Assembly: GCA_964517305.1 (NCBI GenBank)
Contig: CAZFCR010000001.1
Span: 1 to 37,837, forward strand
From: an uncultured Akkermansia sp.
GTDB lineage: Bacteria; Bacteroidota; Bacteroidia; B-17B0; Aurantibacillaceae
DNA: 37,837 bases
Direction of reading: 5' to 3'
Shown: in pieces, positions 37,721-37,837 of the stretch
How positions within the stretch are numbered: the stretch's first letter is position 1
How the letters are laid out: each line of letters begins with the position of its first letter
Translations under genes and position numbers: made by a program
The notes under the pieces: model-generated
What the model was told of the DNA's origin: nothing
Seen by the model: the letters and a program-made list of their open reading frames with translations, nothing else
Database searches by the model: none

Positions 37721-37837
37721 AAGCGGGTGTTTACACCGGCAATATAGAAATTATTTTTTTTCTTAATCTGATTCGCTTTTTATTTCGGCAACTTTTTTAC
37801 AATGCGGCTTTCTTTGAAAAGAACCTTTTCTGCCAGA

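Overview
Gene-dense chromosomal window from a Bacteroidota genome (T9SS cargo protein, TAnnTTTG-type -7 promoter elements, Q-rule signal peptides). It is mostly housekeeping and envelope genes: the 3' end of a DUF6089/PorG-like gene, a large T9SS-secreted BNR-propeller/PKD protein, acs-thioredoxin-MFS, an OmpA lipoprotein with mscL, a CPA2 antiporter, a membrane PP2C sensor phosphatase divergent from a phosphate porin + Pit transporter, an M3 oligopeptidase, ftsE/TPR/outer-membrane barrel, mlaEF, an ABC-F, trmD, three-gene pnt and an M48 peptidase. I see no mobile elements, CRISPR or RNA genes. Best discovery candidates: (1) an 11-bp-period TTAACA direct repeat (Pho-box-like) lying exactly 20 nt upstream of the -7 element at four promoters, tying the porin, Pit, the PP2C sensor and a distant small secreted protein into one putative phosphate regulon; (2) a 40-aa CxxCP lipoprotein missed by the ORF track, with its own promoter; (3) a perfect Shine-Dalgarno inside a coupled 23-codon uORF before mlaE; (4) three reading-frame lesions (in-frame stop, probable ~43-bp microhomology deletion, homopolymer frameshift) that may be real decay or assembly errors. 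Family assignments come from motif recognition, not database searches.
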